Shown piece after piece: positions 1 to 9,696 of a stretch of 35,648 nucleotides of DNA. Source of the DNA: an uncultured Methanosarcinales archaeon (GTDB lineage Archaea; Nanobdellota; Nanobdellia; Woesearchaeales; JACPBV01); contig CAZBLF010000009.1 in assembly GCA_964492935.1 (NCBI GenBank), positions 1-35,648 on the forward strand, in the 5' to 3' direction. Both the position numbers and the translations under genes were made by a program. The notes below the pieces were generated by a model. The model ran no database searches and was not told the origin of the DNA. It saw only the letters and a list, made by a program, of their open reading frames with translations. Within the stretch, counting starts at the first letter, position 1. Every line of letters starts with the position of its first letter.

Positions 1-813
1 AGAGGCGAACCTGGTGTTGCAGATGAACCTCAACATGTTAAACAGGGCGAGGTTACTTCGGCTGTTTTTGATGCGATGGGGATTGCACATGCAGTGTTGC
101 CGGATACTATGGAGGATGCTGCTGAATGTGTTGAGAAAGCTTTGGCTAGTGCTCAGGAACATTCTGCTCCTTATGCAATTCTTGTTAAGAAAGGGACCTT
201 TGAATCGTATTCTGGTAAGGCGTCTGCGGGTTCTGGTAGCATGACGCGAGAGGAGGCTTTACGAATGATTGTTGATGCGATTGGAGATAGTGTTGTTGTT
301 TCTACTACTGGGAAAACTTCACGCGAGGTGTATGAGTTGCGAGAAGCAAAAGGCCAGGATCACGCTCATGATTTTTTAACGGTTGGTTCGATGGGCCATG
401 CTTCTTCGATTACTTTGGGTATTGCACTTGAACAGAAAAAGCAGGTATACTGTTTAGATGGTGATGGTGCGTTTATCATGCATATGGGCAGTGCCGCGGT
501 GATTGGGGCGCAGTCGTGTAAGAACTTCAAACATATAGTGATTAATAATGGGGCTCATGATTCAGTTGGTGGTCAACCTACGGCGGGTGCGGATGTTGCG
601 CTTGGTGCTATTGCAAAGGATTGTGGGTATGTTGCTATTTATACTGCTGACGATGAGAAATCGTTGAAAGATGCGCTCAGTGAGCTTGCTTTAAGTGAAG
701 GCCCTTCATTCTTAGAAATTAGGGTGAAGAAAGGTGCTCGCTCGGATTTGGGTCGGCCTACGAGTACGCCTGCCGATAATAAGAAGGCGTTTATGGAGTT
801 TCTACAGAAATGA
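1..813 (+). CDS. ppd: Phosphonopyruvate decarboxylase (5' end lies outside the window)
   Basis: Frame 1 is open from base 1 and reads RGEPGVADEPQHVKQG, a Ppd-type motif. It also has STTGKTSRE, FLTVGSMGHASSI, the ThDP motif DGDGA...NNGAHDSVGGQPT and a C-terminal DLGRP. pepM is nearby. Confidence 0.95.
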   Translation, partial: RGEPGVADEPQHVKQGEVTSAVFDAMGIAHAVLPDTMEDAAECVEKALASAQEHSAPYAILVKKGTFESYSGKASAGSGSMTREEALRMIVDAIGDSVVVSTTGKTSREVYELREAKGQDHAHDFLTVGSMGHASSITLGIALEQKKQVYCLDGDGAFIMHMGSAAVIGAQSCKNFKHIVINNGAHDSVGGQPTAGADVALGAIAKDCGYVAIYTADDEKSLKDALSELALSEGPSFLEIRVKKGARSDLGRPTSTPADNKKAFMEFLQK

Positions 814-1940
814 GTCATGAAATTCTTTCTGGGTATGGTAGTATTGAGCAGCTTTCTGGAATCTTAAAGGAGAGCGCTCCGAAACACATCTTGTTGGTGA
901 CGGGCGAGCAATCGTATGTCTCGTGTGGTGCAGAGAAATCTCTTGAACCGTTGCTCGCGCCTTATGCATATACACGCTTTTCTGATTTTGAGGTTAATGT
1001 TAAGTTAACAGATTTAGAACGAGGTATTGATCTTGCTGCCCGGCATCAATGTGACTTTGTGATTGGTATTGGTGGTGGAAGTGTGATGGATATGGCTAAG
1101 GCTATTGCTTTGTTAGCTGGACAGGAAGGTAGCCTGGAGGCAGTCATCAAGGGCGATGCTGAGATTGTTGGCAGAGACATTGGTTCGGTGATGATTCCTA
1201 CGACAGCTGGAACGGGAAGTGAGTCTGATAGGTATTCTGTTGTTTATGTGGGTAAAACTAAGTATTCGTTGACTCATGATTCGAATCTGCCTGATTATGC
1301 TATTTTAGATGCGACCTTTACTAGCGATCTTCCGAAACCGATTACTGCGGTAACGGGAATGGATGCGGTGGCGCAGGCCATTGAAAGCTATTGGTCTGTG
1401 AAGTCAACTGACGCTTCTCGTGCATTGAGCAAGCAGGCGTTGGAGTTGGGATTAGCGCATCTGGAGGGTGCGGTTAATAGTCCTACCCAGGAACATAGAG
1501 AGCAGATGTTGATTGCTGCGAACCTTGCTGGACAGGCGATTCATATTGCTAGTACGACGGCGCCACACGCGGTATCGTATCCGATGACTTCTTACTTTGA
1601 GGTTGCGCATGGCCAGGCGGTTGGTGTAACGTTACCTTCATTCTTTGAATATAATTGTGGTGTGGATGCTGATAACGTTCAGAACGGAATTTCGGTCGAG
1701 GATGCGCAGCAACGGATGCAGGAATTACTTGAGATTCTGGGTGTTGAAACGGGTAAAGAAGCAAATGTGAAATTGACTGCCTTGATGAAGTCAATTGGTT
1801 TAGATACTACGTTGTCTGCCTTAGGTGTTACCGATACTGATGTTGTTGTTAAGCATGGTTTCAACCCGGCACGAATGGGAAATAATCCTCGCAAGGTTGC
1901 TGAGGGCGATTTGAAGACATTATTGGCTGGTTTGCACTAG
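810..1940 (+). CDS. Group III (iron-containing) alcohol dehydrogenase, phosphonoacetaldehyde reductase-like (PhpC/FomC type)
   Basis: Motifs GGGSVMD, IPTTAGTGSE, DAVAQAIES, TTAPHAVSYP, HGQA and NNPR. ATGA overlap with the ppd stop. Confidence 0.88.
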   Translation: MSHEILSGYGSIEQLSGILKESAPKHILLVTGEQSYVSCGAEKSLEPLLAPYAYTRFSDFEVNVKLTDLERGIDLAARHQCDFVIGIGGGSVMDMAKAIALLAGQEGSLEAVIKGDAEIVGRDIGSVMIPTTAGTGSESDRYSVVYVGKTKYSLTHDSNLPDYAILDATFTSDLPKPITAVTGMDAVAQAIESYWSVKSTDASRALSKQALELGLAHLEGAVNSPTQEHREQMLIAANLAGQAIHIASTTAPHAVSYPMTSYFEVAHGQAVGVTLPSFFEYNCGVDADNVQNGISVEDAQQRMQELLEILGVETGKEANVKLTALMKSIGLDTTLSALGVTDTDVVVKHGFNPARMGNNPRKVAEGDLKTLLAGLH

Positions 1941-1950
1941 TTTTATAAAA
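1941..1950 (+). promoter_or_regulatory. Archaeal TATA box candidate for the 1972 gene
   Basis: TTTTATAAAA 22-31 nt upstream of ATG 1972. Confidence 0.5.
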
Positions 1951-1971
1951 ACAGATTAACTTCTTGAGGTT

Positions 1972-3354
1972 ATGGGAAAACCTAATATTGTGTACATCAT
2001 GATTGATGCGTGTAGGGCGCAGGCATTAGGATGTTATGGGTTTTCTAAGAATGTTTCTCCCAACATTGATGCGTTGGCGAAAAAAGGTTTATTGTGTAAG
2101 CAGGCGTTTTCATCGCATACCGTAACTGATCATTCTCGTATTTCTTTATTGGGTGGACGGCACCTGATTCCTGAAGAGAAGCTTGATTTTATTGTGACTC
2201 AGGATGTTATTGATCGCTTTTTTGAATCTGGTGGGAAGTTTCTACAGGAGTATCTGCAGGATGCAGGATATCATACGCAATCGTTCAAGGAATTGAAGGG
2301 TTGGAGAGGACAGGGTTTTGATGTTGTTGCTACCGATAGAAAAAGTAAAAAGAAATTTGTGCAGAGTGTTGCGAGCATGGTTAATAGAATTCCACTCGTT
2401 TCTTCTGTGGCGAAGCATGTCTTTTACAAGGGTCTTCCGAAAAAGATGACGGATGCCGTAAGACGAACGGTGGGTGGAGAACAAGAGACAAATGATGCTG
2501 TTAGATTTTTAAAAAGGCAGGATGGGAAGAAGCCATTTTTCATGTATCTGGAATATAAGAGTGCACATATGCCGTATGCGGTGGATGAACCCTTTGCAAC
2601 GCGATTTAGAGAGGATGACGATCGGTTGTTTTTTGATGTGATTAAGGAGCGGAATTTTTCTAAGGAATTGTTGGCGTTTTACAAGACGGTGTTTGATCCT
2701 CGTGAAACGATGGCAGGTATTATTGGTCGATATTATGGTGCGATTGCGTATATTGATAGTTTGGTGGGGCGTGTTGTTGAAGCTTTGGATGAGACTGGGT
2801 TGCGGGAAAATACTCTTATTGTTCTAACGGCAGATCATGGTGAAAGTTTAATTGAACACGATATCTTTTTTGAACATTATGGATTATATGATGTTACTAC
2901 GCAGGTGCCCTTGATTATTTCGGGAAAGGGTTTTTCAGGTAGTCAGGACGGACTGGTGCAGCTTGAGGATGTGGTTCCTACATTGTTGAAGGCTGCCGGT
3001 ATTGCGCATGATGCGGATGCGTTTGATGGTTTTGATGTGGTATCGGGAAAGGGTCGCGATTTTGTGTTTATGGAGGAGTCTTTCATGCAGCGGAAGCAGG
3101 CTCTGCGGGATGCTCGCTATAAATTAATCATGGCTCCTAGTCGAAAGGAAGCTACTTGTGTTCGGACTGGTGCTGTACAGGGTGGCGTGGTGGAATTATA
3201 TGATCTGATTGCTGATCCATTAGAGGAACATTCTCTTGTAAAAGAGAAACAGGATGTTGTTGTTCGAATGGCCACCCAATTACGGCAGACGGTTGATGTA
3301 ATGAAAACGAGAGAGGAGAAGCGGCGCATTGCGATGCGTCTAGAATCACTATGA
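1972..3354 (+). CDS. Sulfatase-fold / alkaline phosphatase superfamily protein with Thr at the nucleophile position
   Basis: PNIVYIMIDACR, SPNIDALA, TVTDHSRISLLGG (T where sulfatases have CxPxR), HMPY, TADHGE, VPLII and ELYDLIADPLE. No signal peptide or TM segment seen. Confidence 0.85.
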   Translation: MGKPNIVYIMIDACRAQALGCYGFSKNVSPNIDALAKKGLLCKQAFSSHTVTDHSRISLLGGRHLIPEEKLDFIVTQDVIDRFFESGGKFLQEYLQDAGYHTQSFKELKGWRGQGFDVVATDRKSKKKFVQSVASMVNRIPLVSSVAKHVFYKGLPKKMTDAVRRTVGGEQETNDAVRFLKRQDGKKPFFMYLEYKSAHMPYAVDEPFATRFREDDDRLFFDVIKERNFSKELLAFYKTVFDPRETMAGIIGRYYGAIAYIDSLVGRVVEALDETGLRENTLIVLTADHGESLIEHDIFFEHYGLYDVTTQVPLIISGKGFSGSQDGLVQLEDVVPTLLKAAGIAHDADAFDGFDVVSGKGRDFVFMEESFMQRKQALRDARYKLIMAPSRKEATCVRTGAVQGGVVELYDLIADPLEEHSLVKEKQDVVVRMATQLRQTVDVMKTREEKRRIAMRLESL

Positions 3355-4445
3355 AAAAGAAAAATGTGCTCTTTTTGTTATTAGATGGTATTCGCTCGGA
3401 TAGAATTTCGAGGTGTCCGTATTTGACTTCGGTGTTGAAGAAAGGTACTTATTTTCCTAACATGATCACGAGTGCTCCGTATACGCTCGGAGCGGTACAT
3501 TCTCTGTTAACGGGTTTGTATCCGTATAAGCACGGTGTTAATGGGTATCACAAGATGTTTGCGTATCGGAAAAATGCATGTAAGCATATTGGCCAATATC
3601 TGCAGGATGCTGGCTATTACACGGGATGGAATATGGTTAACAAAAATCTTGCACCTCAGGAAGGTTTTGATTCGGTGTCTACGCATGATGAGATGCATGA
3701 TGATTTGTTTAGTGCTCACTCTTCGATTCTGGACTCGGTGAAGGATAAGCCGTTTTGTTTATTGTTACAATACAGTAAGGTGCATGCCACGTATGTGAAT
3801 ACGTATCTGAAGTCGGAGGAGGATTATTTTGGAAACGTGGAAAAGAACGTTGCTGCATATAACTCTGCGCTGGATGATTTAGATTCGTATCTGAAGAAGA
3901 TGTTTAGTTATTTGAAAGATACTGGGTTGATGGAGGATACGATTGTGGTGGTGTTCTCTGATCATGGCACATCGAACGGTGAAAAGAAAGGGGAGAAATT
4001 TTACGGAGCGTTTACGTATGATAGTACGATCAAGATTTTTTGTTCGATTTTTATGCCGGGAATGCAGGCAAAGGAGATTGGGGCGCAAGTCTCTCTTATT
4101 GATGTGCTGCCGACCTTGCTTGAGGAGTTGGATATTGCTCCGGATGCTGGATTTGAGGAAATTCAGGGTAAGTCTTTGTTTCCTTTTATCTCGGGGACTG
4201 AAGATAAAGATAGGGTTGCGTTTACTGAAACTGGTGGTTTAACGGGGCCGTGGCCTTCACCGGAAAAGCATAATGTCTTTTCGATGCGGATGGATGGGTT
4301 TAAGGTGGTTAAGACACCGGATGGATGGGAATTGTATAATCTACATAAGGATCCTTTAGAACTTGATAACTTGGCCTCTACCGAGAAAAAGTTGTTGTCG
4401 ATGTTGCAGCCGTTGCTACAGAAGCATATTGATGAGATGTCTTAG
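3351..4445 (+). CDS. Second sulfatase-fold / alkaline phosphatase superfamily protein with Thr nucleophile
   Basis: NVLFLLLDGIR, SAPYTLGAVHSLLTGLYP, FSDHG, LIDVLPTL and ELYNLHKDPLE. ATGA overlap with the previous gene. Confidence 0.85.
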   Translation: MKKKNVLFLLLDGIRSDRISRCPYLTSVLKKGTYFPNMITSAPYTLGAVHSLLTGLYPYKHGVNGYHKMFAYRKNACKHIGQYLQDAGYYTGWNMVNKNLAPQEGFDSVSTHDEMHDDLFSAHSSILDSVKDKPFCLLLQYSKVHATYVNTYLKSEEDYFGNVEKNVAAYNSALDDLDSYLKKMFSYLKDTGLMEDTIVVVFSDHGTSNGEKKGEKFYGAFTYDSTIKIFCSIFMPGMQAKEIGAQVSLIDVLPTLLEELDIAPDAGFEEIQGKSLFPFISGTEDKDRVAFTETGGLTGPWPSPEKHNVFSMRMDGFKVVKTPDGWELYNLHKDPLELDNLASTEKKLLSMLQPLLQKHIDEMS

Positions 4446-4645
4446 TCAATATATCCCATTTCTTTGAGATTTTTTCTGATTTCTTCTTCGTCTGCCTTGG
4501 TTTCAGTAGGTGAATTTTCTTTCGTGTCATCTAGGACTTTTCTTAGGACGAATGCGATATAGTCTTCTGCCGAGGTGAAGTTTGCTTGCTTAGCTTTTTC
4601 TTCTACCTTCTTTAGGAGATCTGCTGGTATCGATATGGTTTTCAT
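4442..4645 (-). CDS. Small CopG/ribbon-helix-helix-like protein with a C-terminal [15 protein letters not shown] tail
   Basis: N-terminal [23 protein letters not shown] pattern is typical of RHH proteins. Its ATG overlaps the pepM stop (ATGA). Confidence 0.75.
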   Translation of the reverse strand: MKTISIPADLLKKVEEKAKQANFTSAEDYIAFVLRKVLDDTKENSPTETKADEEEIRKNLKEMGYID

Positions 4646-5943
4646 TTTGTACCTGGAATTAATTCTAGTATTTCCTTGATGGGGATGCAGTTTTCATCAG
4701 CTTCGAGGGCGCGTCCCTCTTTCAGAATGCTTTGCGCAGTATGCAGCATTGCGGGGTATGCGCTTCGCAGCATTTGATTGGCGTAGATAACCATGTTGAT
4801 GCCTGCTTTTGATAGTGTCTCTTCGGTGACTGAGCTGTAGGTTGAGGGTACTGCGATTAGGGGCACTTTTTTCTCGAATTGCTCGTATGCTTTGCAGAAT
4901 TCTAGGATTTCATTAGGTGTGGTTGATTTACTATGGATCATAATTGCGTCTGCGCCGGCTTCGATGTAGGCTTTAGCCCGGGTTAGTGCATCCTCCATGC
5001 CTGTTTTGAGGATGAGGCTTTCGATTCTGGCGATAATCATGAAGTCTTCGGTGACTTGCGCTTTCTTTCCGATGTGCAGTTTCTTAGAGAAGCCCTCTAT
5101 GGTGTCTTGTTCTTGTTCCTCTGTGTCCTCTAGCAGTGAATTTTTCTTTAATCCCACTTTGTCTTCGATGATGATGGCTGAAACGCCGGTTCTCTCGAGA
5201 GTCTTTACGGTCATCGGGAAATGTTCGATCATTCCGCCGGTATCTCCATCTACGATGATGGGCTTTGTGGTAACGTCAAGAATTTCGTTAATCGTGTTGA
5301 GACGTGAGGTTAAATCTACGTATTCGATATCGGGTTTTCCTTTTGCGGTTGAATCGGTTAGGCTGGAAATCCAGATGCCGTCGAATTCTTTTTTTCCTTT
5401 ATTGGTATCAAGAGCGGTATGTTCGATGATTAATCCGGAGATGCCATTATGTGCTTCTAGTACGCGGACGATTTCGTTGGTACCGAGTAGTCTTCGTAAT
5501 CTCTTTTGACGGAGCTCGGGTGTAGTTCCGACCTCTCGGATTGCTTTTCGTAATAGGGAGGAGGACATGTTCTTGGTGTATTCTGGCTCGATTAACTTCC
5601 CGCCCCATTCGGCTAGGACTTCGATGACTTTAGCGCGCGTTTTCTTTTGTACGCCGGTTTTCCAGTCATCTCCATGGACAACAAAATCGGGTTTTACTTT
5701 TCTGAGATTAGGTTCGTAGTCTAGGGTTTCTTGAGGGATAACCTGGGCAACTCCCTTAATGTTTTCAGCGATCTTCTTTCTATCTTCGAACGGGAGATAG
5801 GGTACTGCCTTATAGGATGCGATGGCCTGGTCGGTTAAGACTCCAACGGTGACTTCTCCATGTTTGGCAGCCTCGCTAATGATATTGAGGTGTCCGGTGT
5901 GGACGATGTCTATGCTGAGACCTACGTAAACTTTTTTGGTCAT
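4642..5943 (-). CDS. pepM: Phosphoenolpyruvate mutase with fused N-terminal cytidylyltransferase (Fom1-like architecture)
   Basis: PepM signature [10 protein letters not shown] (EDK-x5-NS), plus [21 protein letters not shown] and IYAN. The N-terminal ~135 aa has HTGH, HGDDW and MSSS motifs of the TagD-like HxGH cytidylyltransferases. Confidence 0.96.
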   Translation of the reverse strand: MTKKVYVGLSIDIVHTGHLNIISEAAKHGEVTVGVLTDQAIASYKAVPYLPFEDRKKIAENIKGVAQVIPQETLDYEPNLRKVKPDFVVHGDDWKTGVQKKTRAKVIEVLAEWGGKLIEPEYTKNMSSSLLRKAIREVGTTPELRQKRLRRLLGTNEIVRVLEAHNGISGLIIEHTALDTNKGKKEFDGIWISSLTDSTAKGKPDIEYVDLTSRLNTINEILDVTTKPIIVDGDTGGMIEHFPMTVKTLERTGVSAIIIEDKVGLKKNSLLEDTEEQEQDTIEGFSKKLHIGKKAQVTEDFMIIARIESLILKTGMEDALTRAKAYIEAGADAIMIHSKSTTPNEILEFCKAYEQFEKKVPLIAVPSTYSSVTEETLSKAGINMVIYANQMLRSAYPAMLHTAQSILKEGRALEADENCIPIKEILELIPGTK

Positions 5944-5965
5944 ACACCTAAGAATAAATAGCGAC

Positions 5966-5998
5966 TTTTAAACCTTTGGATACCGTCAGTTTTATAAA
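5966..5998. promoter_or_regulatory. Divergent archaeal TATA boxes for pepM (-) and the flippase (+)
   Basis: TTTTAAA at 5966-5972 is ~23-29 nt before ATG 5943 on the minus strand. TTTATAAA at 5991-5998 is ~23-30 nt before ATG 6021. Confidence 0.55.
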
Positions 5999-6020
5999 GA
6001 TTGGAGCGCTTATTTAGGGT

Positions 6021-7448
6021 ATGAGCGTAGCGAAAAAGATTGCCAAGAACACGGGAATTTTGTTTACTTCTGAGGTTGTGAGCAATATTTTTTCGTTCTT
6101 TTTGGTTATTGTTATTTCTCATTACTTGGGAGATAGTGGATTCGGGAAATATACGTTTGCGTTCGCTTTTGTCAATATTGCACTCATTTTTTCGCATTTG
6201 GGGATGCGGACGTATGTATTTAGAGAGATTTCTAAACATCCTGACCAGACCAAGAAGTTCTTGGATAATGTGTTTACGCTTCGTTTCTTTTTGACGTGGA
6301 TTGTGTATGGTGTTGCGTTATTGATTGCATTTACTATTCCTGAGGCTCGAGAGATTATTATTATTTTGGTATTGGCCATGATTCATGAGCAGTTGTATCT
6401 GTTTGTGCGGTTGGCGAATACGGTGTTTAATGCTCACGAACGCAATCGTTTTGTTCTGACTTCTAGGACCTTGCTGAAAAGTCTTGGTTTGGTGATTGGA
6501 GCTTCGGTTTTGTTCTTAGGGTATGGTTTGATAGGATTGATGCTTGGGTTGATTGCGGTGCAGGTTGTTGTTTGTGGATATTGTTATTCTGTTTTGAAAA
6601 GAAATTTTGTTACGCCGTCCTTGAGCTTTGATTTTGGATATTGGAAGAAGTTGGTTAACGCCTCTCTTCCTTTTTGGTTTACTTTTCTATTTCAAAGGAT
6701 CTATTACCGGATTGATACTATTATGTTAGGGAGTATGACTACGTTTTCGGCTACGGGATTGTATGGTGCTTCGTTTTCGGTTGTGAATGCGTTATCGTTT
6801 ATTCCGGCTGTTATTATTACTGCTTCGTTTCCCTCTATGTCACGCATGTTTCATACCGATAATAAAGAGAAATTGTCATTCTTGTATCACAAGGTGTTTT
6901 CTTATCTGTTTACGATTGGCTTTCCGGCTGTGATTGGATTGTCGTTGCTGGCTGGCAAGATCATGCCCCTAGTATTTGGTGCTGAGTTTGTTGGTGCTGG
7001 ACCTTTACTTCGGGTGTTGAGTTGGTCCATTCTGTTCATTTTCTTGACTCATCTGCTGGGATATTTATTGAATGCAATTGACCAGCAGAAGAAGTTTACT
7101 ATTGCGACTGCAATTACTGCGTTTGCTAACGTGGGATTAAATCTTCTTTTGATTCCGAGGTTTGGTGCTCTCGGGGCTGCGTATGCTACTGTTTCTACGT
7201 ATGTGGTGTTGTTTTTTTCTCTTTTGTATTTTACTTCCCGTCACGGTTATTCGTTGCCGTTGTTTAGGTTAGTGTGGAGGCCGTTAGTAGCTGGATTGGT
7301 GATGGGTTGGGTTGTTGCTCGAATGATGGAGATGCATCTGTTTGTTGGTGTTTTGGTAGGCGTATTTAGTTTCTTTGGGATACTCTTCTTGCTCGGTGGC
7401 TTGGGTGCGGATGAGAAGAGGTTATTGAAGTCGTTTGTTAAGAAGTGA
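6021..7448 (+). CDS. Wzx/AglR-type oligosaccharide flippase (MOP superfamily)
   Basis: KIAKNT start, YLG..FGKY, IDTIMLG..ATGLY, LNLLLIPRFGALGAAYAT and ~12-14 hydrophobic segments. Confidence 0.93.
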   Translation: MSVAKKIAKNTGILFTSEVVSNIFSFFLVIVISHYLGDSGFGKYTFAFAFVNIALIFSHLGMRTYVFREISKHPDQTKKFLDNVFTLRFFLTWIVYGVALLIAFTIPEAREIIIILVLAMIHEQLYLFVRLANTVFNAHERNRFVLTSRTLLKSLGLVIGASVLFLGYGLIGLMLGLIAVQVVVCGYCYSVLKRNFVTPSLSFDFGYWKKLVNASLPFWFTFLFQRIYYRIDTIMLGSMTTFSATGLYGASFSVVNALSFIPAVIITASFPSMSRMFHTDNKEKLSFLYHKVFSYLFTIGFPAVIGLSLLAGKIMPLVFGAEFVGAGPLLRVLSWSILFIFLTHLLGYLLNAIDQQKKFTIATAITAFANVGLNLLLIPRFGALGAAYATVSTYVVLFFSLLYFTSRHGYSLPLFRLVWRPLVAGLVMGWVVARMMEMHLFVGVLVGVFSFFGILFLLGGLGADEKRLLKSFVKK

Positions 7449-8574
7449 TAAGCGAATCGTAGAATGTTTCTAGCTTTTTCATGAAGAGGTCGTAATCGTA
7501 GTCGTTCATTAGTTTTTGGACTGCTTTGCCTTTTTGCTCTCTCAGCGGTTTGCTGGCGAAGTAGTTCTCAAATATTTTTGCAAGTTGTTCTTTGTTTCTT
7601 GGAATTGAGTATAGTGCGTGTTCTTTGAAGACGCTGGTGAAAGAACCGATATCGGAGAGACAGAGAGGAATGGCGGCTGCGGCTGCCTCATAGACCGATA
7701 TTCCCATGGTTTCGGGGTCTGAATTGTTGACAAAGAGATCGGTTATTGCGAAGATGTTGCGTACTTGTTTATAGTTGAGGCTGCCAGTAAAGATGACCGA
7801 TTCTTGGAGGTTTAGTTTTCTCACGGTGTCTTCAGGGTTTTGAACGTTTTTGAAGCGTTTTGAGGCTTGGTCTTTGTATCTGGGATTATTAAATTGGTTT
7901 GCTCCTACGATGAGGAGTCTTGCTTTGGGATGGTTTCTTTGAAAGATTGCGAATGATTCGATGATGGTGTCTACATTCTTGAACTTTCTGAAATTGGAGA
8001 CTGAGGTGATGATGAAATTGCTTTCTTTGAGATCGTATAGCTTTCTGACTGCTGACTTATTTGCTTGTTCGGTTGCTGAGAAGAAATTTACATCGATTGC
8101 GTGAGGTAGTAGTGTTATCTTGTTTTTGGGGATTCCGTTTTTTTCGTAGATTTCCCTTTCGAATGGAGTAAGTGCGATTATTTTCTTGAACTTTTTCATA
8201 CAGTATAGTGAGAATTTTTTAATTAAGGCGTTAGATCCTAATTCGTAGGTGTGCGGTAGTAAGATGCATTTCTTTCCTGTGAATGGGGAAAGGAGTGCGG
8301 GTAGAAAGGGTCGTAGATTTGCTAGAACTAATTCTACTTCTTTATCTTTCTTTAATGCTCTGAGTAGTTTCCAGGTTGAGGTGAATCTTCTTATTGGTAG
8401 TTTGTCTAGTACTTCGTACTCTTTTTGATTTGGTTTCTTTAACGTCCAGATTTCGCATTGGTAGTTGCGCGCTTGCATGACTTTGATGGGGTTCATGCCG
8501 TAGTGTTCTTTTGCGGAGACTTGCTTACCGGAGGCTTCGTTCCAACCCATTACTATCTGGATAAACTTTTTCAT
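7438..8574 (-). CDS. Glycosyltransferase family 4 (GT-B)
   Basis: KNVDTIIESF and DLFVNNSDPETMGISVYEAAAA (Ex7E motif). ATG 8574 (MKKFIQ) preferred over the TTG at 8625. Confidence 0.88.
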   Translation of the reverse strand: MKKFIQIVMGWNEASGKQVSAKEHYGMNPIKVMQARNYQCEIWTLKKPNQKEYEVLDKLPIRRFTSTWKLLRALKKDKEVELVLANLRPFLPALLSPFTGKKCILLPHTYELGSNALIKKFSLYCMKKFKKIIALTPFEREIYEKNGIPKNKITLLPHAIDVNFFSATEQANKSAVRKLYDLKESNFIITSVSNFRKFKNVDTIIESFAIFQRNHPKARLLIVGANQFNNPRYKDQASKRFKNVQNPEDTVRKLNLQESVIFTGSLNYKQVRNIFAITDLFVNNSDPETMGISVYEAAAAAIPLCLSDIGSFTSVFKEHALYSIPRNKEQLAKIFENYFASKPLREQKGKAVQKLMNDYDYDLFMKKLETFYDSLITS

Positions 8575-8644
8575 ATTGAGGATGATTGCAATTTCATTTA
8601 ATAATGTTTGTAGAATGGGCGTCAATAGGGTTCTAGTATCAGAA

Positions 8645-9616
8645 TTACTTTTTCATCAATCTTTCTTGTGTTTTGAGGTCTTCGTCGACCATCTTCTCTA
8701 CGAGTTCTTTGAACTTTACCTTGGGTTCCCAGTTGAGTACTTTCTTTGCTTTGGATGAGTCTCCGACTAGAAGATCTACTTCTGCTGGACGTAGGAACTT
8801 TTTATCGATTTTTACGTGGTCCTCCCAGTTTAGGCCTACGTGTTCGAATGCTGCCTGGCAGAGTTCCTTAACGGAATGCATCTCTCCTGTTGCAATGACG
8901 AAATCGTCTGCTTCGTCGTGTTGGAGAATTAACCACATGGCTTCGGCGTAATCTCCTGCGAATCCCCAGTCTCTTTTTGCGTCTAGGTTTCCTAGGAAAA
9001 GGTCTTTTTGTAATCCTAATTTAATTTTTGCTACGGATTCGGTTACTTTCTTGGTTACGAATTGTTGGCCTCTTCTGGGAGATTCGTGATTGAATAAGAT
9101 TCCATTTGCTGCGAATAAGTTGAAGCTTTCTCTGTAGTTCTTGGTGATCCAGTGGGCATATACTTTGGATACTCCATACGGAGATCGTGGATAAAAGGGA
9201 GTGGTCTCGGTTTGCGGTGTTTCTTGTACTTTTCCGTACATTTCACTTGAGCCTGCCTGATAGAATTTGATTTTAGGATTAACTATTTTGATTGCTTCTA
9301 GCATTCTGGTTGTACCGAGAGCGGTAATTTCTGCTGTTAACAATGGTTGAGACCAGGACGCGGGAACGAAGCTTTGTGCCCCTAGATGGTAGATTTCGTC
9401 GGGTTGGACGTCTTTGATGGTGTTGATGATTGAACTTAAATCTGTGAGATCTGCGCTAATCAGGTTGATTTTGCTTTTAATGTGATTAATTCTTTCGAAC
9501 GTTTCGGTTGAGGCCCTTCTATACATACCATAGACTTCGTATCCCTTTTCTAATAGGAATTCTGCTAGGTAGGAGCCGTCTTGGCCTGTAATTCCGGTGA
9601 TTAATGCTTTCTTCAT
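8645..9616 (-). CDS. gmd: GDP-mannose 4,6-dehydratase
   Basis: [52 protein letters not shown] and RPAEVDLL. Confidence 0.98.
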   Translation of the reverse strand: MKKALITGITGQDGSYLAEFLLEKGYEVYGMYRRASTETFERINHIKSKINLISADLTDLSSIINTIKDVQPDEIYHLGAQSFVPASWSQPLLTAEITALGTTRMLEAIKIVNPKIKFYQAGSSEMYGKVQETPQTETTPFYPRSPYGVSKVYAHWITKNYRESFNLFAANGILFNHESPRRGQQFVTKKVTESVAKIKLGLQKDLFLGNLDAKRDWGFAGDYAEAMWLILQHDEADDFVIATGEMHSVKELCQAAFEHVGLNWEDHVKIDKKFLRPAEVDLLVGDSSKAKKVLNWEPKVKFKELVEKMVDEDLKTQERLMKK

Positions 9617-9696
9617 TGATGTTTGTGAACTGGGAATTCTTTTTAAATGTTCCTTAATAGATACGCTTTTATAGGCTTTTTCACACTTGTTGTAGA

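Noticed and set aside
14..244. 76-aa ORF
   Set aside because: Alternative frame overlapping ppd, whose own frame is open from base 1 with conserved motifs.
1972..4445. True formylglycine-dependent sulfatases
   Set aside because: No C/SxPxR motif (Thr instead), and no maturation enzyme in the window.
1..5943. Fosfomycin-like antibiotic gene cluster
   Set aside because: Only the shared early steps are present. No radical-SAM methyltransferase, epoxidase or resistance kinases are visible, and the context is glycan synthesis.
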